Source of the DNA: Mobula birostris
Taxonomy: Eukaryota
NCBI RefSeq assembly: GCF_030028105.1
Contig: NC_092380.1
Location: forward strand, 20,051,144 to 20,115,143
Length of the DNA: 64,000 nucleotides
Reading direction: 5' to 3'
Each line of letters begins with the position of its first letter. Position 1 is the stretch's first letter. The translations under genes were made by a program, and so were the position numbers. The notes beneath the pieces were generated by a model. It was given only the letters and a program-made list of their open reading frames with translations, ran no database searches and was not told the DNA's origin. Shown here piece by piece: positions 12,122-24,030 of this stretch.

Positions 12122-13849
12122 CGTCCAACCCCCAGATAGGCAGCCTCCGGGCCTCCAGGCCTCTGGGCCGCCAGGCTCCATTGGACTCACAGACTTGCAG
12201 ACCCAGGGCTCAACTTCTGGACTTCAAATCGACCACCGGCCTTCGATCTTCGATATTGACCCCAGGACTCACTGATGGCGGGTCTCAAACTCCAGACTCA
12301 CCAGTAACAACGCCGCAAACTCCAGGCATCTAACACCAGACTCCCAGACTCATGTGCCAAGGGGGCCGTCAGCCCTCGTGCCTCTTATCCACACAAACTT
12401 TCAATACTGTTGATACCCCTAGGGACTCAACTGACCTGGGGTGGGGGGGGGGGATCAGATCTTGTCGTCACTGGTCCTTCTCAACATCATTGTTGGGCTT
12501 CAGGAGTGGAATGTGGAGGCCCAGATGTCAAACTGGTTTTTAACTCCCAACTTTCCTGTCCCTAAACCTCAACCCGACCTGTAACTGCATGCTCTGTCCC
12601 CAAATCAATCCCTACCCGCCTAAAAACAGCAATGTATGAGCCACGCCTTCAGCGGAGACTGTAGCTCGGCACCATCTTGACCGAAACACCGACCATTTGT
12701 CCTGGTGGGGCAACATGGATGCTGTGGATAAGGAAGCATGCCTAGGTCTTTACTTCCTCGGAAGTCGAAGGAAATTCAGCATGTCCCTGATAATTCTCAG
12801 AAACTTTTACTAAAGCAGTCTATTCAGACGCCTCACGGTTAGGCTTGGCAACTGCTCTGCCCAAGACCACAAGAAATTGCAGAAAGTGGTAGGCACTGTG
12901 AAGTCCATCACACAAACCAATCTCCCCTCCGTCGACTCCCCTCCCCTACACTTCCTGCTGCCTTAAGAGAGCAGCCAGCATAATCTAGCACTCCTCCCAT
13001 CCCTGTCAATCTCTCTTCTGTCCTCTCATGATTTTATAATCCTTGAAAAGGTCGCCCCTCATTTGAGAGGGCAGAGAGTTAATAAATGACAATAAAAGAG
13101 GACTGCGTCTCCTCATAATCTAATCTAATAGGAACCTGGGGATCAATCTTTTCATGGGGGGGGTGATCTGTATATGAGACAAACTTCCCTTATATTGATT
13201 AGCACTGTCATGGAACTGATTGGACAGTGGCAGGAATTCAAGTTTCAGTTCTCCAGTTCCCCAGGGTACAGTTAGCTGTCGCTGTCTCTTTAAGACTCAA
13301 TTGTAGGAGTTCCATTACTCGTACTGCTGTTTGTGGCTTCACCTTTGGATTTTGTTTGTGTCACCTTGTCTATTCCAAGTCTGAATTGATTCAAGGCAGG
13401 TTGGGGGGGGGGCAGACAAAAGAAGGCTGGTGAAGCCAGGAGGCACTTGGGGAGGGTGACGGCAGACGGTGATAAGTGGGGACACAAAGGCTGGAATCTG
13501 AGAAGTAAGGGAGGTGATGGTGGAACCATAGGGGAAGGGTGAAGGGCGATGGGAACCTGAGCCAGAATGGAGGTGTGGAGAGGAGTTGGTGGGACGCAAG
13601 GGACTTCAGACTCTGGAATCTGGAGCAATGAGCAATCTGCAGAAGGAGCTCAGGGGTCAAGGACATCTGCACCAGTTCTGATAGAGGTGAGAAGAAGGTT
13701 GGTGAACCTTGGTAATTCTCTGCCCAGTGGGGTTCAGACATTTCTGGGTAGTTTCACAACAGGTGTCAGTGGACACTGGAATATTAGGGGAATTGAGGGG
13801 TATCTGGCTCTTGTGGAAATTGGTGCTGAGGCAAAAATCTTATTATAGT

Positions 13850-16070
13850 ACAGACACATGGGACCAAACAGCCTACACCTGCTTCTGCGAATAAAATCGA
13901 TGATCTCAGAGCTAGGGTGCTGGGACACTAGGACCACGTGTGTTCTTTGTTTCACGGAATCCTGGTTAACCTCTTCCCTACCGGACCCAGATTGGCGGGT
14001 TTACTATACACCTCCAGGAAAGATCTATAGAGTCTCTCAAGAGCAGAGGTGGAGGAGTAGGCCCTGTGATCAGCTCTCCTTGGTGCACAAATATATCAGT
14101 GCGGTCCCATTTCTGCTCACCAGACCTGGAAAATCCAGCAGTAAAGTGCCGTCCTTTTTACCTACCACGGGAGTTCTCTGGGGTCATTTTGGTAGCAGTT
14201 TACATTCCACCTCAGGGCAATGTTAAGTGGGCTTTAGATGATCTGAGCAATGGGATCAACATGCACGAAACAGCGCACCCTAATGCCTTCACCGTCATTT
14301 TGGGAGATTTTAAACCAGGCCAGTCTGCAAAAATCACTAAACAACTACCATCAACAGATCACTTGCAATTCCAGAGGAAACAACACACTGGACCATTGCT
14401 ACACCACCATCAAGAATGCCTACTGTGCTATTCCACGCCCTCAGTTCGGGAAGTCTGATCACCAGGCTGTACTTCTATTCCCTGAGTATAGGCAGAGACT
14501 GAAGACTGCAGCACCAGCAGTGAGGACCAAGAAGGTATGGACCAGGGAAGCACAGGAGCACCTACAGGACTGCTTTGAATTGGTGGACTGGACTGTTTTC
14601 AGGGATTCAACTTTGAATCTGGATGAGTCTGCTGCAGTTGTTCCTGACTTCTATGCCCGCTTTGCAAGGGAGAACACAACTACAGCTGTGAAGATCCCTG
14701 CTGCACTTGATGACCCTGTGATCTCTGTCTCAGAGACCAATGTTAGACTGTCTTTAAAGAGAGTGAACCCTTGCAAGGCGGAAGGTCCCAGTGGAGTACC
14801 TGGTAAGGCTCCGAAAACCTGTGCCAACCAACTAGTGGGAGTATTCAAGGACATTTCCAACCTCTCACTACTATGGGCGGAAGTTCCCACTTGCTTCAAA
14901 AAGGCAACAATTCTACCAGTGGCTAAGGAGAATAATGTGGGCTGCCTTAATGACTATCGCCCAGTAGCACTCACATCAACAGTGATGAAACGCTTTGAGA
15001 GGTTAGTCATGACTAGACTGAACTCCTGCCTCAGCAAGGACCTGGACCCTTTGCAATTTAGGTCAATGGTAGACGCAATCACAATGGCTCTCCACACAGC
15101 TTTAGACCACCTGGACAATACAAACACCTATGTCAGGATGCTGTTCATCGACTATAGCTCAGCATTTAATACCATCATTCCCACAATCCTGATTGAGAAG
15201 TTTCAGAACCTGGGCCTCTGTACCTCCCTCTGCAATTGGATCTTCGACTTTCTAACTGTGCAAATTGGTGATAACATATCCTCCTCGCTGACAATCAACA
15301 CTGGTGCACCTCAGGGGTGTATGCTTTGCCCACTCTCTACTCTCTATGTCCATGACTGTGTGGCTAGGCATAGCTCAAATATCATCTATGAATTTGCTGA
15401 CGATACAACCATTGTTGGTAGAATCTCAGGTGGTGACGAGAGGGCATACAGGAGTGAGATATGCCAACTAGTGGAATGGTGCCACAGCAACAACCTGGCA
15501 CTCAACGTCAGTAAGACGAAAGAGCTGATTGTGGACTTCAGGAAGGGTAAGACGATGGAACACACACAAATCCTCATAGAGGGATCAGACGTGGAGAGAG
15601 TGAGCAGTTTCAAGTTCCTGGGTGTCAAGATCTCTGAGGATCTAACCTGGTCCCAACATATCGATGAAGTTATAAAGAAGGCAAGACAGTGACTATACTT
15701 TATTAGGAGTTTGAAGAGATTTGCATGTCAACAAACACACACAGAAATTTCTATAGTTGTACTGTGGAGAGCATCCTGACAGGCTGCATCACTGTCTGGT
15801 GTGGAGGGGCTGCTGCATAGGACTGAAAGAAGCTGCAGAAGGTTGTAAATCTGGTCAGCTCCATCTTGGGTACTAGCCTACAAAGTACCCAGGACATCTT
15901 CGGGAAGCAGTGTCTCAGAAAGGCAGCATCCAATACAAAGGACCTCCAGCACCCAGGGCATGCCCTTTTCTCACTGTTACCATCAGGTAGGAGGTACAAA
16001 AGCCTGAAGGCACACACTCAGCAATTCAGGAACAGCTTCTTCCCCTCTGCCATCTGATTCCCAAATGGAC
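13850..16070 (+). mobile_element. Rex1/Babar-type LINE, internally deleted and degenerate (APE endonuclease + RT)
   Basis: CVLCFTESWL, CRPFYLPREF, AVYIPP (endonuclease); LNDYRPVALTS, LFIDYSSAFNTI, TGAPQG, FADDTTIVG, LNVSKTKELIVDFRK (RT). Frameshifts and stops present. Confidence 0.92.
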
Positions 16071-17219
16071 TTTGAATCTTTGGATACTACCTCATTTTTT
16101 TAATATACAGTATTTCCGTTTTTGCATGTTTTATTGAATCTATTCGATATACGTAATTGATTCTTTATTTATTATTTTTATTTTGTTTATTTTTTTTTCT
16201 CTGCTAGATTATGCATTGCATTGAACTGCTGCTGCTAAGTTAACAAATTTTATGTCACATGCCGGTGATAATAAACCTGATTCTGAATTCTAAATTCGGA
16301 ATTCTGATCTCATTGAAACCTAACAAATAAGTTAAAATCCTAGATAGAGTGGATGTGGAAAGGATATTTCCTATGGTGGGAGGCAGGTGTTTGGGACCAG
16401 AGGAACATCCCTTTAGAACAGAGATGAGGAGGGATTTCCTTAGTCAAAGGGTGGTGAATCTGTGGAATTCATTGCCACAGACGGCTATAGAGGCCACACC
16501 ACTGGGAATATTTAAAGCAGAATAGGTTCTTGATTAGTAAGGGCATCAAAGGGAGAAGGCAAAAAAATGGGGTTGAGAGGGATAGTGAATCAACCATGAT
16601 TCAATGGCAGATTAGACTCAGTGAGTCCAATCTCCTATTGTACTCCTATGTCTTATGGTCTTATTATGAGACTTGATTCTTATATCTCTGTAATTACAGT
16701 CTAATGACACTAGATGGCGGTAGATTACCCGGTCCTCAAAGTGCCCAATGAAATTTTCCACTTCTTTCTCTCAAATGGGTTTCGAATAAGCAATGCCAAT
16801 ATCCAAATAACATGTTTACAATAATTATTAGAAAGTTTGTTGTGTTTACTTAAAGTGAAATTGGGGTAACCTGCCACTGAAAGCTGACCTTGAACTTCAC
16901 ATTTCTGCTGTGAAGTTTGGTGTCAATACCCAGTCGTAACACCTACTGCCGATCATTTCTCCTGATGCATGACCCTTCCAATTAACTGGGCTAATGGAAT
17001 ATTTATCTTTAAACTTCCAGAAGTTTCGCTTCTGAATCTACCTGAGGAATAGATAGGAAACAGTTTTTAAATTCTTTGCAAAAATGAGTTGGTTCTAAGT
17101 AAGGTCTTCTGGTGAGTTGTAACGCTCTCACTTTACAATGCAAGGATTCCAGTGACAAGAGAAACCAGTGTGACTGACCCAGACTGCTGGGCTTCCAGTG
17201 GGGAATATCTGATCAATTT

Positions 17220-17650
17220 CACAAACAAGAGAAAATCTGCAGAGGCTGGAAATCCAAGCAACACACACAAAATGCTGGAGGAACTCAGCAGGCCAGGCAG
17301 CATCTATGGAAAAGAGTAAACTATAGATGTTTCGGGCTGAGACCCTTCATCAGGTCTGGAACAAAGAATTGAGAAGTCAGAGTAAGAAGGTGTTGGGAGG
17401 GGATGAAGAAGTACAAGGTGGCAGGTGATGGGTGAAACCAGGAGAAAGGGAGGGGTGAAGTGAAGAGCTGGGAAGTTGACTGGTGAAAGAGATAAAGGGC
17501 TGGAGAAGGGGGAATCTGATAGGAGATGACAGAAGGCCATGGCAGAAAGGGAAGGGGGAGGAGTACCAGAGGGAGGTGATGGGCAGGTAAGAAGATGTGA
17601 GAGAGGGAAATAAGAACGGTGAATGGTGAAGAAGAAGGGGGGCAATTACG
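17220..17650 (-). mobile_element. Penelope-like terminal repeat
   Basis: Same family as 1622-2023. Shorter copies near 9200-9390, 21400-21510, 24460-24560, 30250-30345, 31720-31860, 36750-37100, 37365-37510, 38450-38560, 38910-39005, 47840-48170, 57950-58170. Confidence 0.7.
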
Positions 17651-17899
17651 GAACATATAAGTTATTAGTCGATTAATTACTGATTTCTATCAAAGGACGT
17701 GGGTTCTAGTTTTGCAAGGGGACAAGAAGTTAACATTTTCTCTCACTCAAACAAGGAAAAGTGAATGAGTTGCACTGCATATGGCAGGGATACAAGAACT
17801 CAAGCAGGGAGCTGCGGTGGATTGTCCAAGAAGAAAACGTTCACTGAGACTGTCAGAAGAATGAACATTATGACATCATAATGGAAGTACAGCCATAAT

Positions 17900-19035
17900 A
17901 GAAAAGCAAGGTTGTAATGCTGAAGCTTTATAAGGCACTGGTGAGGCCTCACTTGAAGTATGCTGAGCAGTTTTGGGCCCTTTATCTAAGAAAGGGTGTG
18001 CTGACATTGGAAAGGGTTCAAAGGAAGTTCATGAAAATGATTCCGGGAGTGAATGAGGAGAGTTTGAGGGCTCTGAACCTGTTGTCACTGAAATTCAGAA
18101 GAATGAGGGGGAGGTATCTCACTGAAACCTACCTAATATTGAAAGGCCTCAAAAGAGTGGTTGCAGAGAGGATGTTTCCTATGGTGAAAGAGTTTAAGAC
18201 AAGAGGGCACAGACTCAGAATAGAGGAACGTCCATTCAGAATAGAAATGAGTAGGAATTTCTTCAGCCAGAGAGGGATGAACCTGTGCAGGCCAAGTCAG
18301 TGGGTGTACTTATCACCGAGATTGACAGATTCTTGATTGGTCAGGGCATGAAGGGATACGGGGAGAAGGCAGGAAATTGGGGCTGAGAGGGAAATGGATC
18401 AGTCATAATGAAATGGTGAAGCAGACTCAATGGGCCAAATGGCCTAATTCTGCTCCTATATTTTATGGTCTTATAATGCACCTTGGACTCTGTATATACT
18501 TTCACTGCCTCAGTACAGCAGCCAGCATAATCATAGACCCCATCAAGCCCAGACAGTCTCTCTTCTCCCCTCTTCCATCAGACAGAAGATTCAGAAGCTA
18601 AAAAGCGCACATCACCAAGCTCAAGGACAGCTTCTATCCCCACTGTTATAAAACTATTGAAGGGCTGCGTAGAAGAATGAGGGGAGATTTGAGAGAGGTA
18701 TATAAAATTATGATGGGTATAGATAGAGTGAATGCAAGCAGGCTTTTTCCACTGAGACAAGGGGAGAAAGAAACCAGAAGACATGGGTTAAGGGTGAGGG
18801 GGAAAAGTTTAAAGGGAACATTAGGGGGGGCTTCTTCACACAGAGAGTGGTGGGAGTACGGAATGAGCTGCCAGACGAGGTGGTAAATGCGAGTTCTTTT
18901 TTAACATTTAAGAATAAATTGGACAGATACATGGATGGAAGGTGTATGGAGGGATATGGTCCATGTGCAGGTCAGTGGGACTAGGCAGAAAGTGGTTCGG
19001 CACAGCCAAGAAAGGCCAAAAGGCCTGTTTTTGTG
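17900..19035 (+). mobile_element. Two CR1 3' fragments separated by a Rex1-type 3' fragment
   Basis: LYKALVRPHL.YAEQFW and RGDLREVYKIM translations; Rex1-like LFSPLPSDRRFRS between them. Confidence 0.8.
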
Positions 19036-19219
19036 CTGTAGTTTCTATGGTTTCTAATAATAAGATGGACTTTTAACATTACAATCTACCATCTTATGAC
19101 CTTGCACCTTTTTATCTAACTGCTCTGAACTTTTTCTGTAGCTGTGCACGTTATTCTGCATTTAGTTATTGTTTTCCTTTGTTCTACTTCAATGCACAGT
19201 ATAATGATTTGATCTGTAC

Positions 19220-19699
19220 TGTTGGGTCTCTGTTTATTTTCTGATCCTTAAGGAGTCAGGAATGACGAGCAGTCTTAATTCCAAGTTTATTTGGAATGCA
19301 AATCTTAAAGTTTATTTCATTCATCTTAGAATGCAAACAAACATACAAACACTAAGCAAAATAAACAAAAAGATGAGAAATGATGCTAAGGGGTGAACAT
19401 GAAGAGGATAAAGAAGCCAAGATGGTGCCTTTGAAAAATTTATCACTTTTATAATAAGTTAAGGATAATTCCTTAGATAAGAATGAATTAGTTAACAGGC
19501 TACATAATTAAAACAATTACATCACATGGGCAATGTGCTGGTACTTAGCCAATGAAAGGTGAGAAAGCTGTTAAACTGTTAGCTTAGCTGCAATACTGCT
19601 TTCTGCCAGTGAGTGGGGATGGACCACCACATACAGTGAAAAATACATGCGTTTGTTAAAAAGAACAAATCTTATAAAAAGTATTATTTAAAGAAAACA
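19220..19699 (-). mobile_element. Solo LTR (Gypsy-like)
   Basis: 480 bp with TGTT...AACA termini, flanked by a 4-bp direct repeat GTAC (19216-19219, 19700-19703). AATAAA lies near the 3' end on the minus strand. Confidence 0.65.
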
Positions 19700-19970
19700 G
19701 TACAAACAGTATGCAAGACAAGCTTTTCACTGCACACGAGACATTAATAAACCAATTCCAATTTATTAGTATACACTTGAGATCTGTCACAAAAATAAGT
19801 TAAATGGATTTATACCGACATGTACATCTGAATCAATTGCTTTCCGCTTTCCCACGACGTGGATGTCACTGACAATGTCTGTCCTTGGCTGTCCCTGGTC
19901 CAAGGAAACAGTTTAAGGTCAACAACAGAATCAAATCAGAATTAGGTTTATCATCACTGACTTATATGAC

Positions 19971-20467
19971 ACCTTTGGTCCCCACCTGGCACTCAGCTCT
20001 CATCTGTGGCTCCCCGTAGCTGTTTGCATGCAACAGCGGCCACACCCCGGGCAACGGCTTCGACAAGCCGGCTAAACCAGGTGAGGGTAGCTGACGGGTC
20101 TCAAACCCTCGGTGAGATAGGTAGTTGTCTATCCCAGCATGTGAAGACAGACTCCGGCGGATTGAGCGGACGAGACCAATGGAAGGTCCAACGGTCAAGA
20201 ATCCGGTCTCTGCAACCGTCATGGAACGTGTAGAGCAGGACAAGACACAGAAGACGTCCTGGTCATCCACTGCGCCTAGTCCCATCTCCAGCCGTCTAGA
20301 CTCTGTCTTGCCACTGGATCCAGATGGGAATTGGGAAGAGAGAGTGAGGCTGACACTGCGCAACTCTCCCTCACTTAAAACTAAATCATGTGCTAGTCTC
20401 GACACCATCATTATGGTGTCGAGGTCCTCTTCGACATCAACGATGGACGAACAGCAACAACAACAAC
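19971..20467 (+). mobile_element. Short non-autonomous retroposon (RTE-like) with TSD
   Basis: 7-bp TSD ATATGAC (19964-19970, 20468-20474), (CAA)n tail, and a 3' hairpin at 20398-20423. Confidence 0.65.
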
Positions 20468-23199
20468 ATATGACATGAAATTTATTGCTTTCCAGCAGCG
20501 GTTACAGAACAAAGATATAGAGTTACTAAATAAAAATAATGTCTTGATAGAGGTGAACAAAATTACACAAGTGGAAAACCAGTGACCTTTCTCCCAGGAC
20601 GTAAATGGGGGCATAATTTTAAGGCGAATGGAAGGGACATGTCGAGGTAAGTTTTTTTTTAACACTGAGGGTGGTGAGTGAGTGGAACATGCTGCCAGGG
20701 GTGGTGGAGAGACAGATACATTGGGAACATCTAAGAAACTCTTAGATAGGCACATGGATGATAGAAAAATTGAGGGCTGTGTGGGAGGGAAGGTTAGAGT
20801 AAGCTAAAAGTTTGACACAACTTTGTGGGTCAAAGTCCATACTGACGTTCTTGCCCATCCTCATTAATCCTACTTGCCTGCATGAGGTCCATATCCTCCT
20901 GGCCTGTTTAAATATCTATCTCAATGTTAAACACTGTAATCGTATCTCATTCCATTACTTCCTCTGCCGGGCCAATCCAGATACCAATCATCTCTGTGTT
21001 AAAAAAAAACTACCCTCAAATCTCTTCTTCTCACCTTAAGCATATCCCCTCTTGGTTTTGGTCTTCCCCACCCCTCAAAAAAAAGAGGAAAAGCATCTCA
21101 GTGAATGATGACACAAGCTTAATTAATTTGCAGGCTGCATAATAAAATGAATTCTTACAGCAAAGTATAATAGTAACCAGTCTTTGAAGCAATTCTAACA
21201 AAGGTATCATTCTGAATTATAAGTTGCAGAGTTTGATAAGCAATAAAACTGTCCATTGAAGACTGTACAGATAATGATAAATTCACTCTATAAATATATC
21301 CTGAAAAAGTACCTACATACCAAGTGTTCCAACTGCACAACTTGAAGTTAGTCTTCAACAAGAAGACTGAGGACAAAAATGTCAGGTTGTGGGCCAGTCA
21401 CAAACAAGAGAAAATCTGCAGATGAAGGGTTTCTGCCCAAAACATCGACAATACTCTTTTCCATAAATGCTGCCTGGCCTGCTGAGTTCCTCTGGCATTT
21501 TGTGTGTGAGGTCCTGAGCCAACTCGTGTTCAGAGTTCTGTTTTACCTCAGCTGGGAGTGCTGGCAAGCAACCAGATTTCAGAGTTTGTTCCCATGCATT
21601 TGTTGAGCTGAATCATTATTTTTCCAAGCTACAAGGCTGGCATTTAGAGCAGCAATGATGCTCCTCCATCTCTGGCAGTGTTCAGGGCCTCTTTCATCAT
21701 GTCAGAACCTTCTTTCGGGTTTTCACTACTGCCAGTCATGCAAGTCCCTAGTGGTGATTCAGGAATACCACCATACTCAGATGTAGAAGGATTCTTCATT
21801 GCTGTTTCCATAATAATTTTGTTTGACCCGTCAGGGTCGGTAGCCCTGAGCTGACCCCCCCTGAACCTGGAGGACCGGTGGACCACTCTTAGTCTGGCCT
21901 CTACCCTTTGACCTGTTTGGCATGGGTGACCCTACCAAGAGTCAAAGCATAAAGCCCTGACTCCAGCCAACATCGCTCTCCGGGTCATTGACGCACGCAA
22001 GCCTCCAAACCACAACAAGGTCGTGGTCCTCTTGGAGGGTGAAATACTTACAATGTTGTTAATTTATGTTTATGGACTTGTGCAGCACACAAACAACCCT
22101 TCTGCCCACATTGTGCATACTTGCCCAATTACACTAAACCCCTTTTCCCACATGAGGATCATATCCTAAGCATTTCTCCCTTAAGCATATTGATTGTATC
22201 TGATTTCACCACCTCCCCTGGCAGTGCATTCCAGATATCAAACACTCTCACAGGCAAATGCAGGCGGAAGGGACTAGTTGCTGGGCAACACAATCAGCGG
22301 GGTGAGTTGGGCTGAAGGGCCTGTTTACATGTTATATTACTCATTCTATCCCTTCTCCGTGTTAAAAAAAATGTAACCTTAATCACTTAAAACTCCTTTG
22401 TTTTACCCCAAACTTGCTTTTGATAGCCTGGCATGGTGCTAAAGTTCTGGCTATCTACTCTATCAATGCCTGTTATTATTTTATATATTTCTATGAGGTC
22501 ACTCTTCATCTTCATTTACTCCAAGGAAAACAAGACCAGCCTATCCCATTTGTTATAGCAGCTGAAGTTCTCTAATCCAGCCAACAATCAGTGAATCTCA
22601 TCTACACTCTCTCCAGCACAACCACATTCTTCTGTTATTATGGTGCCCAGAACTGCACACAACACTCCAAGTGTCATGGAACTGGTGATTTTATGAAGAT
22701 GCAACATAACATCCTAGCTTCTGTATTCTATGCTCTGACCTATGAAGGCAAGAATGCCACATGCCTTCATTTCCACCCTATCTACCTGTGTTGCCGCTAT
22801 GGATTGGAACCCATGAACGCTCTGACCATTAACATTCCTCAATGTCTTACTGTACATCTCCCACCTCCATTTGACTACTCAAAGTCCATCACCTTGTATT
22901 TGTCAGGATTAAATTGGATCTACCCAGCTTTGCATCTGATTTTTATCGTGCTACAGCCAGAACACCACCAATTCTCATATCATCCACTAATTTACATAGT
23001 TATATCAGAGTCAGAATCAGGTTTATGATCACTGATATATGCCGTGAAATGGTGTTGTTCTGCACAACAGTACAGTGCAATACATAAAACACTAAATAAA
23101 AGTTACAATAAGAAATATTTAAAAATAAATAGTGCAGATGTGAGGTAGTGTTCACGAGTTCATGGACCGCTCAGATATCTGATGGTAGATATAACCATA

Positions 23200-23630
23200 T
23201 AACCATATAACAATTACAGCACGGAAACAGGCCATCTCGGCCCTTCTAGTCCGTGCCGAACTCTTACTCTCACCTAGTCCCACCAACCTGCACTCAGCCC
23301 ATAACCCTCAATTCCTTTCCTGTCCATATATCTATCCAATTTAACTGTAAATGACAACATCGCACCCACCTCAACCACTTCTGCTGGAAGCTCATTCCAC
23401 ACAGCTACCACTCTCTGAGTAAAGAAGTTCCCCCTCATGTTACCCCTAAACTTTTGTCCTATAACTCTCAACTCATGTCCTCTTGTTTGAATTTTCCCCA
23501 CTCTCAATGGAAAAAGCCTATCCACGTCAACTCTATCAATCCCCCTCATAATTTTAAACACCTCTGTCAAGTCCCCCCTCAACCTTCTATGCTCCAAAGA
23601 ATAAAAACCTAACTTGTTCAACCTTTCTCT
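23200..23630 (-). mobile_element. CR1 3' fragment
   Basis: YRERLNKLGFYSLEHRRLRGDLTEVFKIMRG...FFTQRVVAVWNELP on the minus strand. Confidence 0.85.
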
Positions 23631-23725
23631 GTAAGATGGGAAGAAATTGTTCCTAAAATGTTGAGTGTGCATCTCCTGTACCCCCTCCTCAATGCTTATG
23701 GAAAACATATAAAATTATGAAGTGT

Positions 23726-24030
23726 TGGCGCGTGGCCAAATGGTTAAGGCGTTGGTCTAGTGATCTGAGGGTCACTAGTTCGAGCCTTGGCTGAGGTAGC
23801 GTGTGTGTCCTTGAGCAAGGCACTTAATCACACATTGCTCTGTGACGACACCAGTGCCAAGCTGTATGGGTCTTAATGCCCTTCCCTTGGACAACATTGG
23901 TAGTGTTGAGAGGGGAGACTTGCAGCATGGGCAACTGCTGGTCTTCCATACAACCTTGCCCAGGCCTTCGCCCTGGAAACTTTCCAAGGCGCAAATCCAT
24001 GGTCTCATGAGACCAACGGATGCCTATTAA
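23726..24030 (+). mobile_element. tRNA-derived SINE, second family
   Basis: A box TGGCCAAATGG, B box GTTCGAGCC, 3' CCATGGTCTC..GACCAACGGATGCC. Copies at about 33090-33390(-) and 57500-57795(+). Confidence 0.75.

Noticed and set aside
23726-23800. tRNA-like sequence (also at 57500-57570 and 3187-3260)
   Set aside because: These are SINE heads: they continue into a shared repeat body and lack a complete cloverleaf.
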